The notes: generated by a model from the sequence alone, not told the origin. A stretch of DNA of 36,515 bases from an uncultured Alphaproteobacteria bacterium (GCA_964529255.1 CAZGVT010000001.1:31403-67917), one strand, 5' to 3'; positions 22,597 to 31,108 are shown, numbered from the stretch's first letter. A program made the numbers and translations.

Positions 22597-24281
22597 GGCC
22601 GTGCTTTCAGTGGGTGCAAACCTGTGTGATCACGGTGGTTCTGCTTATTATCGTAGAAAGCAAGGCAACTGTATTTGTCGTCCCGGACGATTTCACGATG
22701 ATACAGGCTGCGGTCAATGTCACATCTCCGGGAGACACTGTGCGTGTCAGTCCCGGAGTGTATCATGAAGTCTTGATCCTGCCGCCGCATGATCTCTGTC
22801 TGTTGGGAGATTACGTCTTCACGGCGGACTCGGCGGATCTGCTGGGAACCGTAATCGACGCGGAGACCTTTTCTCAACTCGATACGGCCGCAGTGATCAC
22901 GATGATCGGCGGCATCAGCCGAGATACTCATATTTCGGGTTTCGTACTTCGACACGGGACCGGAACCGACCTGCCCCAGCGGGGAAAGAACGGTGGTGCG
23001 ATTCACATGCGAGACTCGTCTCCGCGAATTACTGCGTGCATACTGGAAAACAACAGTAGTGCAACCGGAGCGATCCTTAGTTTTGGCGGCGGCCCAGACG
23101 TTCGGCAGTGCAGATTTTTCGGCAATTGGTGCGGTTCGGACTGGTTGTGCCTTTTCTTGTCAAATCTCACTTATGAACCGATAAGATTTGAGTGGAACCG
23201 GATCACGGGAAACAGCGGACCGAGCGCGGCAGTGACGGAGTTTTCTTACGCTGATGCGAATGTACGCTATAACCGTTTTCATCAACTCGGCACCCCCGGC
23301 ACCTGGTGCTTGACAATGCTTGAATCCAATGGAGAAGTTCGTGGTAATGTCTTTGAAGAAATCGACGGCTCCGCCGTCGGACGACCCGTATGGTACCTTG
23401 ACAGGCATGTGTCGTCCGTATCGGAGAATACTTTTCGAGACATCGTGCTGTCGGGCGGCCGTTGTATTGTGATACAGAGGAATCACCCCGGTGGAACGCA
23501 ATTGATCGAGCGAAACCTGTTTCAGAACCTCGTGCAACCTGATCCGGTCTCGGGCATTGCCTTGTTTCTTCAGCATCCGGATGCAGTTATCGTGGAGAAC
23601 ACGTTTGTAGATTGTCAGGGAGGCGGGAGGGGAGTGATTTTCCTTTCACTATCGTCTCCGGAATGGTGCAGCCAGGTGGTTATCCGGCGGAATCTGTTCC
23701 TGCGGAACTCGGCCCCGGTGGATTCCTGGGGAGCCATTTCTGTGTATCCCTATGGACCTTGTACGATGCAGGAGAATTGGTTTGAGGGGAATATGCCCTT
23801 GGCGGTGGGACAGTATGAACTCAATCATGATTGGGACGTCTCCGGCAACTACTGGGGTCACCCAAGTGGCCCCTTCCATCCGGCGGAAAACCCCTCTGGC
23901 GAGGGGGATACGATTCAGATTGGTTGCCACGCCACCCCGTGGCTGACCGAGCCGCCTCAACTTGTAGCTCACTTGCGTCCTTCGCCGGGAATTCCCGGAG
24001 GCTTCTCGCTTTACTCCGTGTACCCCAATCCTTTCAATAACTCGGTTCACATTTCGTTGACAGCGAGCCGGGTGACGGCCCTTCGGCTTGAGGTTTTTGA
24101 CATCACCGGCAGATTGGTGCGGGAGCTTTGGCAGGGCGTGCTTCCCGCACAAGGGCAGCGGACCGTAATTTGGGATGGTCGGGACGCCCGTGGCGATGCA
24201 CCTACTGGCATGTATCTGATCGCGGCCTCTGAACTGGGTTCAGCGAATCGTCAATTCAGAAAAGCCGTGCTGCTGAAGTAG
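22557..24281 (+). CDS. Right-handed beta-helix protein with T9SS C-terminal sorting domain (fourth family member)
   Basis: Start is TTG 22557 or ATG 22572; MQNHRRVIGPC parallels MRIPQHVRVPC of cassette C. TVFVVPDDFTMIQAAVN...GDTVRVSPGVYHE. GNYWGHPSGPFHP. CTD VYPNPFNNSVHISL...GMYLIAAS...KAVLLK. Confidence 0.85.
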   Translation: MFGVNMQNHRRVIGPCFQWVQTCVITVVLLIIVESKATVFVVPDDFTMIQAAVNVTSPGDTVRVSPGVYHEVLILPPHDLCLLGDYVFTADSADLLGTVIDAETFSQLDTAAVITMIGGISRDTHISGFVLRHGTGTDLPQRGKNGGAIHMRDSSPRITACILENNSSATGAILSFGGGPDVRQCRFFGNWCGSDWLCLFLSNLTYEPIRFEWNRITGNSGPSAAVTEFSYADANVRYNRFHQLGTPGTWCLTMLESNGEVRGNVFEEIDGSAVGRPVWYLDRHVSSVSENTFRDIVLSGGRCIVIQRNHPGGTQLIERNLFQNLVQPDPVSGIALFLQHPDAVIVENTFVDCQGGGRGVIFLSLSSPEWCSQVVIRRNLFLRNSAPVDSWGAISVYPYGPCTMQENWFEGNMPLAVGQYELNHDWDVSGNYWGHPSGPFHPAENPSGEGDTIQIGCHATPWLTEPPQLVAHLRPSPGIPGGFSLYSVYPNPFNNSVHISLTASRVTALRLEVFDITGRLVRELWQGVLPAQGQRTVIWDGRDARGDAPTGMYLIAASELGSANRQFRKAVLLK

Positions 24282-24346
24282 CCTTTCGCGTATACCCCCT
24301 TGATTCCCCCACAGAGTGGGGGGAAATACGACTGGGATAGATAATG

Positions 24347-24384
24347 ACAAAAGGCTGCTCCGGAATCCGGAACAGCCTTTTTTG
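24347..24384. terminator. Bidirectional rho-independent terminator between convergent genes
   Basis: A-run, GGCTGCTCCGG (24353-24363), AAT loop, CCGGAACAGCC (24367-24377; one mismatch), then T6 (24378-24383). Confidence 0.7.
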
Positions 24385-24402
24385 AATTGCTGCGGCGGGA
24401 AC

Positions 24403-24909
24403 TTAGCCTTTGGACAGGTGGCCCTGGATCAGCGCGTTCATTTCGAACATCGTCACCTTGGACTTGCCGAAGACGGCGCGGAGCTTGTCATCGGCATTGA
24501 TCTGACGGCGGTTGGTGGCATCCTGAAGGCCGTTCTTCTTGATATAGTCCCACAGCTTCTTGGTGATCTCCGTGCGGGGCATAGCTCTTTCGCCAACGAC
24601 CGCGCCCAGAATGGAATCCGGCTGCATGGGAGCCATGAATGCCGCATTGGGTTTACGCTTGGTCTTCGGCTTGGCGGCCTTCTTGGTGGTCGCCTTCTTG
24701 GCAGTAGCCTTCTTCGCCGGAGCCTTCTTGGCGGTGGCTTTCTTGGCCGGCTTCTTGGCTGCCGGCTTTTTCGCGGTTGACTTCTTCGCCGTAGCCTTCT
24801 TGGCCGGCTTCTTGGCTGCCGGCTTTTTCGCGGTTGACTTCTTCGCCGTGGCCTTCTTTGCGGGCTTCTTGGCGGTCGACTTTTTGGCCGTTGCTTTCTT
24901 GGTGGCCAT
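24403..24909 (-). CDS. Histone-H1-like Lys/Ala-rich tail fused to a SWIB/MDM2 domain
   Basis: The N-terminal ~90 aa are AKKxTAKK repeats. The C-terminus [49 protein letters not shown] matches the SWIB motif. Confidence 0.85.
   Translation of the reverse strand: MATKKATAKKSTAKKPAKKATAKKSTAKKPAAKKPAKKATAKKSTAKKPAAKKPAKKATAKKAPAKKATAKKATTKKAAKPKTKRKPNAAFMAPMQPDSILGAVVGERAMPRTEITKKLWDYIKKNGLQDATNRRQINADDKLRAVFGKSKVTMFEMNALIQGHLSKG
24745..24858. repeat. 57-nt tandem duplication inside the Lys/Ala-rich tail
   Basis: 24745-24801 and 24802-24858 differ at one position. Each encodes [19 protein letters not shown]. Degenerate partial units flank them. Confidence 0.85.
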
Positions 24910-24974
24910 TTCCGTTCTCCTTACTTAGCGGGTGTATCGGTTAGCTGATTCCATTCGAAAATTCACACCGTGGT

Positions 24975-25004
24975 AATATACAGAAGGGGAACTCTCTCTG
25001 TCAA
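24975..25004 (-). promoter_or_regulatory. Sigma70-like promoter for the SWIB gene
   Basis: On the minus strand: TTGACA (25004-24999), 18-nt spacer, TATATT (24980-24975). Confidence 0.45.
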
Positions 25005-25260
25005 GCGTTTTTCTGCAAATAGGACGGCGTGATTCAAGCGATGTTGCGCCGCCGGGACTCCGCTCTCCCATAGCGGATTCCCCACTTCCGCACTCCGGAA
25101 GCGCGGACTCAACCTCCTCCGATTGCTCAACTTGGCTATAGTGGGATAGTCGACGTGTTACCTGTCGGAGGAGTGATTTCAGCTTTGGCGCGGGCTGAAA
25201 TCTGCGTACTTCCACTATGAAAAGAGAGGCATTGACGGCGCGTTGAGCACTCCTCTACTG

Positions 25261-25602
25261 CTACTCGGCTATGGGGCCGCCGCGGAAGACGAGAAACGCA
25301 CCCAAAGCGATGAACATGAAACCGAGTACGGTGTTCCAGCGCATGGGCTCCTTCAAATAGAGCAGGGAGAAGGCGGCGAAGACGGTAAGCGTGACGACCT
25401 CCTGGATCGTTTTGAGCTGTGCTGCGCTGAACTGCCCGTAGCCCGCCCGATTTGCCGGTACCATCAAACAGTACTCGAAGAAGGCGATTCCCCAGCTTGC
25501 GAGGATCACCTGCCAGAGCGGAAATCTCGTATATTTCAGGTGGCCGTACCATGCGAAGGTCATAAAGACGTTGGACAGAATCAGCAACAGAACGGTGGTC
25601 AT
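25261..25602 (-). CDS. DMT-superfamily small membrane protein (DUF486 type)
   Basis: MTTVLLLILSNVFMTFAWYGHLKY... is characteristic of DUF486. 113 aa with about 4 hydrophobic helices. Confidence 0.8.
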   Translation of the reverse strand: MTTVLLLILSNVFMTFAWYGHLKYTRFPLWQVILASWGIAFFEYCLMVPANRAGYGQFSAAQLKTIQEVVTLTVFAAFSLLYLKEPMRWNTVLGFMFIALGAFLVFRGGPIAE

Positions 25603-25660
25603 GGCGGTCTGCGGGTTTCGTGGAGGTGAAAAGCTGCGGGAAAATAGGTATCTTTCCTCT

Positions 25661-27448
25661 ATGAATCAAGTGGAAGTTCCGGTTACCGCCTGGGTGGAAC
25701 TGCCCGCCGCCGGGGAACGACCGGCGGGTCGCTTCATCTTTCGCCGACCTCTGGACTGCTGGTCCGCCTCGGCGCTCGACGAAGTCCGTCACTCGCTGGA
25801 GCGGGTGGAGGAGTATCAGCGTCAAGGCTGCTATGTGGTGGGCTGGGTTGGTTATGAAGCAGCGCCTGCGTTCGACCGCGCGATGAAGACTCCGCCTGCC
25901 GGAGAGATTCCGCTCTGCTGGTTTGCGGCCTTTCGGGAATACGATTCAAGTTTGGGCGATGCGCAGCGGAAGCCCACGCGTCCAACAGTTAGCTTGGGCA
26001 TCAGCGAGTCGGATTATCTTGCACGGGTAAGACGATCATTAGAGCATATCGCAGTTGGGGATATCTATCAGGTGAACTACACGGTACGGTCGGGTGTGGA
26101 TAACTTGGGCGATCCGTTGGCTTTGTTTTGTGATCGCATTCGCGCGGTGCCGGTTCCGCACGCTGCGTTTATCGATGCCGGCGAGTGGCAGATCATTTCG
26201 CTGTCACCGGAGTTGTTTCTCCGGCGGGGCGGGAATGTGATCGAGTCGCGGCCAATGAAAGGAACCGCCGCCCGTCGCCCGTCCTGGGATGAGGACGAGG
26301 CGGCGCGCCTTGCTCTGGAACAGAGCGGCAAGGAGCGGGCGGAGAATACGATGATCGTGGATCTTGTGCGGAATGATCTGGGACGGGTCTGCCGGTCGGG
26401 GACAGTGCACGTGCCGGAACTGTGTACGGCGAGCCGCTTTCCGACTGTCCACCAGATGACCAGTTTGGTTCGCGGGGAACTGAGGGCGGGGGCGACTCTG
26501 TTCGATATCTTTGAAGCGCTGTTCCCTCCGGGATCGGTCACCGGTGCGCCGAAGATTCGCGCAATGGAGATCATCGCCGAATTGGAACCGGAACCTCGCG
26601 GGATCTATTGCGGGACGATCGGCTTGTTCTTTCCGGGAGGGGATTTCGAGTGTAATGTGGCGATCCGCACCGTGGAAATCCAAAGGCGGAAGTCCAAAAC
26701 CCAGGGCACCGCCGACGAATTGAGCATTGTGCATCGGTCGTGGTTGGGTTTGGGTTCGGGGATCGTGGCGGACTCCGATCCGCAAGCGGAGTGGGCGGAG
26801 ACGCTGCTGAAAGGAAGATTCCTGACTCAGGAGCCGCCGCCGGAGTTTTCGCTAATCGAAACTCTGGCATGGATTCCCGATGAAGGCTTTCGGAATCTGG
26901 ACAGACACTTGCGGCGTTTGCGGAACTCGGCAGCCTATTTCGGCTGGACGCGGTCGAAGTCCAAAATTCAGAATCCGGAATCCAAAAGTGATGTACAGAA
27001 AGTCCGTTTGATCTTTTCCAGAGGCGGGGCACTGCAAATGGAGTTTGCGCCGTTGGACGCGTGGCCTTCGGGCGGCATTCGACTCTATATTTACCACGAA
27101 GAGTGCGTGGATCCTGAGAATGTACTTCTCTATTATAAGACGACGGTGCGGGGAATATACGAGCGGGCAATGGCGGCAGCGAGACGCATGGGAGCGGAAG
27201 ATGCGGTGCTGGTAAATTCGCGAGGCGAAATCACCGAGACCACGCGGGCTAATCTGTTGGTGAAACTGAATGGGGAGTGGCTAACACCGGCTTTGACTTG
27301 CGGATTGTTGCCGGGAGTGTGGCGGGAGCTTCAGTTGGAGACGGGACGTTGCAGGGAGGCCGTGGTCTCAGTGGAGGATTTCTCGCGCGCAGACGAGATC
27401 ATCGTGGGGAATAGCGCGCGAGGGGAGGGGGGCGCAGGAGTTCTGTAG
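25661..27448 (+). CDS. pabB: Fused aminodeoxychorismate synthase component I / aminodeoxychorismate lyase-like (fold-type IV) protein
   Basis: The ATG at 25661 avoids overlap with the divergent gene. Chorismate-binding motifs: SPELFLRR, RPMKGTA, KERAENTMIVDLVRNDLGR, PPGSVTGAPKIRAMEII, RGIYCGTIG. C-terminal ~185 aa: NLDRHLRRL...YYKTTVRGIYE...EITETTRANL...GLLPGVWR (class IV aminotransferase / PabC-like). Confidence 0.85.
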   Translation: MNQVEVPVTAWVELPAAGERPAGRFIFRRPLDCWSASALDEVRHSLERVEEYQRQGCYVVGWVGYEAAPAFDRAMKTPPAGEIPLCWFAAFREYDSSLGDAQRKPTRPTVSLGISESDYLARVRRSLEHIAVGDIYQVNYTVRSGVDNLGDPLALFCDRIRAVPVPHAAFIDAGEWQIISLSPELFLRRGGNVIESRPMKGTAARRPSWDEDEAARLALEQSGKERAENTMIVDLVRNDLGRVCRSGTVHVPELCTASRFPTVHQMTSLVRGELRAGATLFDIFEALFPPGSVTGAPKIRAMEIIAELEPEPRGIYCGTIGLFFPGGDFECNVAIRTVEIQRRKSKTQGTADELSIVHRSWLGLGSGIVADSDPQAEWAETLLKGRFLTQEPPPEFSLIETLAWIPDEGFRNLDRHLRRLRNSAAYFGWTRSKSKIQNPESKSDVQKVRLIFSRGGALQMEFAPLDAWPSGGIRLYIYHEECVDPENVLLYYKTTVRGIYERAMAAARRMGAEDAVLVNSRGEITETTRANLLVKLNGEWLTPALTCGLLPGVWRELQLETGRCREAVVSVEDFSRADEIIVGNSARGEGGAGVL

Positions 27449-27470
27449 GGGCGGCTCTCTATGGCCGCCC
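27449..27470 (+). terminator. Hairpin after pabBC (weak terminator candidate)
   Basis: GGGCGGC (27449-27455), 8-nt loop, GCCGCCC (27464-27470). No U-tract. Confidence 0.3.
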
Positions 27471-27566
27471 GACTTGATTGCCCCGCAGGCAAACGATGCT
27501 TTTACGACCATCTGGCCCCATGGCTCGCCATTTCACGGATTCTTGGTGATTTTTGGCTGTCACACC

Positions 27567-27656
27567 TTGACATGACCCTTTTTTTGTGCTTACTTTAGGC
27601 GCACCCCCGCCTGACGGGGCTTTCGTGGCTGATTCAATTCCATCAAGAGGTGCGAA
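27567..27656 (+). promoter_or_regulatory. Promoter/leader of cassette C, homologous in layout to the A/B leaders
   Basis: TTGACA (27567-27572), 18-nt T-rich spacer, TACTTT (27591-27596). Leader hairpin CCCCG-cctga-CGGGG. The shared string CATCAAGAGG lies before the ATG. Confidence 0.45.
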
Positions 27657-28163
27657 ATGAAATGGCGTACTTGTGCACTAATTGTTGTTCTGATTGCTTT
27701 CGACGTCGGGGCGCAGGGAGGGCCGGATGCATGTGTATTCGCGGTAAGCGCAAAGGATGCGACCTGCAGTGGCTTTTTAAGTTGCGATGCTTCGACAACC
27801 ACGGACTGTGGCTCAAAAACATTCACGGTGGCGTGTACTGACACCTACTATTTGAAAGTCAATGCAAGTTGCACCGACGCGAATTGCGCCTATTGTGATG
27901 CTTGCGCGTTTGTCTACGGACGAGGTGCATATATCACGGAGTCGATTTGTGATCTGCCGAGCTGCGCTGAAGGAGGGTGTGCTTACGACTGCAGCGCCGG
28001 CCACGGCTTCAATGGCTTTGCGCTTTCCACCGGCATCACATACACGCTGTATGTATGTTTGAGACCATGCGGCGGCGGCGCACAAGAGTGCGGGGCCTGT
28101 AACAATAGCTGTACTGCAACAGCATGCGTATACCTCAACACGTCAGAGTGCCCTGCGCCGTAG
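27657..28163 (+). CDS. Small secreted cysteine-rich protein (cassette C; 20 Cys)
   Basis: Signal peptide MKWRTCALIVVLIAFDVGA/QGGPDAC. FTVACTDTYYLKVNASCTDANCAYCDACAFVY and YTLYVCLRPCGGGAQECGACNNSCTATACVY align with A and B. Confidence 0.8.
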   Translation: MKWRTCALIVVLIAFDVGAQGGPDACVFAVSAKDATCSGFLSCDASTTTDCGSKTFTVACTDTYYLKVNASCTDANCAYCDACAFVYGRGAYITESICDLPSCAEGGCAYDCSAGHGFNGFALSTGITYTLYVCLRPCGGGAQECGACNNSCTATACVYLNTSECPAP

Positions 28164-29713
28164 CGGCCGGAATTCTCGCCATCGTGATGGCAGCTCGAGT
28201 TGGTGAGGCCCGCGCGATTCGGGTACCGGGCGAGATTCCGACTATCCAGGGCGCCTTCGACATTCTGCTGCCGGGAGATTCCGTACTTGTAGATTCCGGC
28301 GTCTACGCGGAGTCGCTGGTCGGGCCGGATTTTCAGTTTGTGCTCATGGGTGTCGGAGCCGCGCCAGTGCTTGATCCATCGTCCGTCGCCGGCTCGGACA
28401 CGCTGCCGTGTCTCATCTTGCCGGAGGGTAGCGCTGCGACGATAGAAGATTTCACGTTTCTCAATGGCGCCGCGATGTATCCACGCGACCCGCCCCGACC
28501 GGGCGGGATACGATTGTTTGGTCAATCTCTGATCCTCAGGCGGTGCGAATTTGATTCTGTGTTCCAGGGAATCATCCGGGGCGAGTTCGACGTCGCGACA
28601 ACACTCATTCTCGATCAGTGCCGTTTCGTCGATTCTCAGTACGGCTGTGTGTATTCGCCCTTCAGTTCACTTGAGGCCACCGATTGCTTATTCAGCGGAG
28701 CGAACGGCTATCTTGTCGTATGCGGAAATATGCGCGTTGAGGGTTGCCGCTTCGGGGGTGAGACATCCGGTTATCTGTTGCTTGGCTTCGATGGCGGCCA
28801 GATACGGAATTGTCTGTTTGGCCCGCACGGACCGTCCGGGTTTCAATCGGTGCGCCTGTTGCATTTTTCGGGAGTTGTCGAGAATAATGTCTTCACAGAC
28901 TGCGCTGCGGGGCACCATGTGCTGCACATCCAAATGCCATGCCACGGGGAATCGCTACGGGTAGCGAACAACGTTCTTACCGAAAACTCCGGCGGATCAT
29001 CCACGAGCTTCGGCTTTGGCTGCGATTCCTTTGTTGTTGAGACGCCCGTCCTGGAGGTGCGTGACAACGTCGTGGAATTCTCCCGCGCGAGCGGCGGGGG
29101 TTCCAGGGGACTCTTGACCGCCGTTCCAGGGATGTTTACGCGTAACCGCTTTCACCGCTTGGAGCCGGACACACCGGCGGCCACAAGATCGAATTATTCT
29201 GAGGGTGTCGTGCTGCGGGAGAATATATTCTCGGAGACTGGGCTTGCAGCGGCAGTGCACAGACCGGACATCTATCCGTACCGCATGGACGCACGATGGA
29301 ATTGGTGGGGCCATGCATCAGGGCCTTACCATCCACTCCTCAATCCGCAGGGATTGGGCGATGCGGTTGGTGACAGCATTCCGTTCGATCCTTGGTATCC
29401 CGACACGTCGTTTTTGGAAACGCCGGTTCGCACACGACCGAGCGTCGCAAGCGCCGCGCTACAGGCGTTTCCGAATCCGTTCAACGCCACCGTAACCCTG
29501 AAATTCGAAATCCCCGAGCCGGGGATTTTCAGGATGGAATTATTCGATCTGTTGGGGAGAAGAGTGCGGGAATTATGGGCCGGGCCGGTGGCGTGCGAGA
29601 AGACCATTCGTGTGGACGGACGCGATCTGGCCTCTGGAATCTACTTCGCGCGCGTCTGGCAACCCCTGCACAACCGCCCGGTGGCGACCGCGAAGTTGGT
29701 GTTGATCAAGTAG
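28124..29713 (+). CDS. Right-handed beta-helix protein with T9SS C-terminal sorting domain (cassette C)
   Basis: ATG 28124 (alternative GTG 28148) overlaps the small gene's 3' end. ...AARVGEA/RAIRVPGEIPTIQGAFD...GDSVLVDSGVYAE. WNWWGHASGPYHP. CTD FPNPFNATVTLKF...GIYFARVW...KLVLIK. Confidence 0.85.
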   Translation: MRIPQHVRVPCAVAAGILAIVMAARVGEARAIRVPGEIPTIQGAFDILLPGDSVLVDSGVYAESLVGPDFQFVLMGVGAAPVLDPSSVAGSDTLPCLILPEGSAATIEDFTFLNGAAMYPRDPPRPGGIRLFGQSLILRRCEFDSVFQGIIRGEFDVATTLILDQCRFVDSQYGCVYSPFSSLEATDCLFSGANGYLVVCGNMRVEGCRFGGETSGYLLLGFDGGQIRNCLFGPHGPSGFQSVRLLHFSGVVENNVFTDCAAGHHVLHIQMPCHGESLRVANNVLTENSGGSSTSFGFGCDSFVVETPVLEVRDNVVEFSRASGGGSRGLLTAVPGMFTRNRFHRLEPDTPAATRSNYSEGVVLRENIFSETGLAAAVHRPDIYPYRMDARWNWWGHASGPYHPLLNPQGLGDAVGDSIPFDPWYPDTSFLETPVRTRPSVASAALQAFPNPFNATVTLKFEIPEPGIFRMELFDLLGRRVRELWAGPVACEKTIRVDGRDLASGIYFARVWQPLHNRPVATAKLVLIK

Positions 29714-29975
29714 CGTACGTTGTGAGGGGGGGGGCAAGACCGAAGACTGAAAACGAGTAACCACCGCCGCATTAGAGGAACAGAGAGTTCACAGACTATT
29801 GGTAAACCCCATCGATTCTTGAGGTCCTTGACTTGAGAGCCGCGAGGTGACTCTCAAATCGCCACAAGAGCACTCACTCGTTCTCGAACATGCTCGGCCC
29901 GGCGGTCGGCTGCAAGCAGCCAACACGGCTCGGGCGTTTGTCAGCAAGCCGAGTTCCTTTATTAGTTTCCCGTCT

Positions 29976-30653
29976 TTAATCTTCGGTCTTCGGTCTCCTG
30001 CGCTTCCCTTCTTTCGCCGTCAGTGCATAGCTGAGAGCTTCAATTTCGATGGCCATATTCTCGTTGCGTACATGTGCGCCGTCGGGGACGAGGATGGTAA
30101 TCGGTGCGAAGTTGAGGAACGCTTTGATCCCGGCATTCGCCAATCGATCTACGACTCTCTGCGCCGCGGTGGCAGGCACGGCAATAACGGCAATCTTGAT
30201 TTTCTCTTCCTCAATGAACTGCTCGCATTGATCGAAATTCTTGACGATGAGATCACCGATCCGCATGCCGTGTTTGCGGTCGTCGCTATCCAGAATAAGC
30301 TTTATAAGGAATCCTTGTTCCTGAAATTGCCGGAAGTGCACGAGTGCGGTACCGATATTTCCCGCTCCGATCACGGCGACATTCCAGGTGCGATGCAGTC
30401 CGAGAATGTGGCTGATGCTGCGATGGAGGTCAATGACATTGTAGCCGAGTCCGCGCCGGCCGAAGGCGCCGAAGAATGACAGGTCTTTGCGAACTTGCGC
30501 AGCGGTCAGGCCGTTCAGATCGGCGATCTCTTCGGAGGAGATGGTTGGCCGGTCCCGGAGAATTGCGTGGTGCAAGGTGCGATAATAACGAGACAGACGC
30601 TTGACGGTGGCGTCGGAGATTCTGGGATCGGGTTTTTTGGATTTGCGTGGCAT
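29976..30653 (-). CDS. rex: Redox-sensing transcriptional repressor Rex
   Basis: VKRLSRYYR...ISSEEIA...QVRKDLSFFG.FGRRG.GY, plus Rossmann VIGAGNIG and ...IKAFLNFAP. Confidence 0.9.
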   Translation of the reverse strand: MPRKSKKPDPRISDATVKRLSRYYRTLHHAILRDRPTISSEEIADLNGLTAAQVRKDLSFFGAFGRRGLGYNVIDLHRSISHILGLHRTWNVAVIGAGNIGTALVHFRQFQEQGFLIKLILDSDDRKHGMRIGDLIVKNFDQCEQFIEEEKIKIAVIAVPATAAQRVVDRLANAGIKAFLNFAPITILVPDGAHVRNENMAIEIEALSYALTAKEGKRRRPKTED

Positions 30654-30685
30654 GGGAAAGAAAATAAAGAAGACCTGAAACGTGA

Positions 30686-30701
30686 AACTTGAAACCTGAA
30701 T
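30686..30701. repeat. Left arm of a 16-bp perfect inverted repeat
   Basis: AACTTGAAACCTGAAT is the reverse complement of 31109-31124. It sits in a run of three TGAAAC units (30675-30695). Confidence 0.8.
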
Positions 30702-30706
30702 CGCGC

Positions 30707-31056
30707 CTATGCGATTGCGCGCTTGGACTTTCTTGCCATACTTACGAGGATGGACATGTGTTCATCGGTTTCCCGGCTGAGTGCGGTTCGTCGCGGTGGA
30801 TTGACGAGCTCCAGCTCTCTGGCTGTCTCAATCCAGAAGTCCACCTCTTCAAGCTCTTGTGTAATTGCTTCACACTTACTGATAAAGTCCGGTGTTGGAC
30901 TGGCTCGGAATGCTTCCGCATATTGCGCCGCACTGACGTACCGCAACGTAGAATCTGTTTGCCGATGACCCGTGCTACCGTATGTTTGGGCAGCGCTGAG
31001 TACAGTTTGACAATGCGCAACGCCTACTGCAGCGTTCTTGCACGCAAGTCTGCTGC
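30707..31056 (-). pseudogene. Decayed four-helix-bundle protein gene (23S rRNA intervening-sequence protein family)
   Basis: One frame gives ...ALRIVKLYSALPKHTVARVIGKQILRCGTSV (31020 down). Near 30940 the sense continues in another frame: AAQYAEAFRASPTPDFISKCEAITQELEEVDFWIETARELELV. There is an in-frame TAG at 31026-31024, and the N-terminal part is missing. Confidence 0.55.
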
Positions 31057-31108
31057 TTATTGATTGTTGCCGGTTGAAGCGGATTCCTGTTTCAGCTTTG
31101 GCGGGGCA

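Noticed and set aside
25020-25260. Several short hairpins (e.g. GATTTCAGC...GCTGAAATC at 25177-25204, CTTCCG...CGGAAG) in the 350-nt SWIB/DMT spacer, a possible ncRNA
   Set aside because: There is no recognisable riboswitch or sRNA motif, no promoter/terminator pair framing them, and no second copy for covariation. This is too weak to call.
25136-27170. Minus-strand ORFs 25136-25825, 26077-26574, 26204-26785 and 26571-27170
   Set aside because: They are antisense or overlapping to the DUF486 and pabBC genes, which carry clear family motifs. The alternative products are Arg/Pro-rich.
13524-28163. Fe-S or metal-cluster role for the CxxCxxC / CxxCxAC motifs of the small Cys-rich proteins
   Set aside because: All three have classical Sec-type signal peptides with no twin-arginine motif, so they would be exported unfolded. 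20-22 Cys fits a disulfide-knotted extracellular fold better. The idea is not excluded, but it is not supported.
13404-29713. Diversity-generating retroelement or shufflon acting on the variable paralog families
   Set aside because: There is no reverse transcriptase, no template/variable repeat pair with A-specific mismatches, and no invertase or recombinase in the window. The near-identical tracts are better explained by gene conversion.
29737-29993. 11-nt inverted match AAGACCGAAGA (29737-29747) / TCTTCGGTCTT (29983-29993)
   Set aside because: It is short, one arm is inside the rex coding tail (RRPKTED), and nothing mobile lies between the arms. It is compatible with chance.
29847-30479. 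210-aa plus-strand ORF
   Set aside because: It is antisense to rex, whose identity is unambiguous.
30654-30706. Rex operator upstream of rex
   Set aside because: I looked for the established TTGTGAA-N4/6-TTCACAA palindrome here and near other genes. Only isolated half-sites were found (e.g. TTTGTGAA at ~14765). The TGAAAC triple repeat is direct, not palindromic, so no operator is called.
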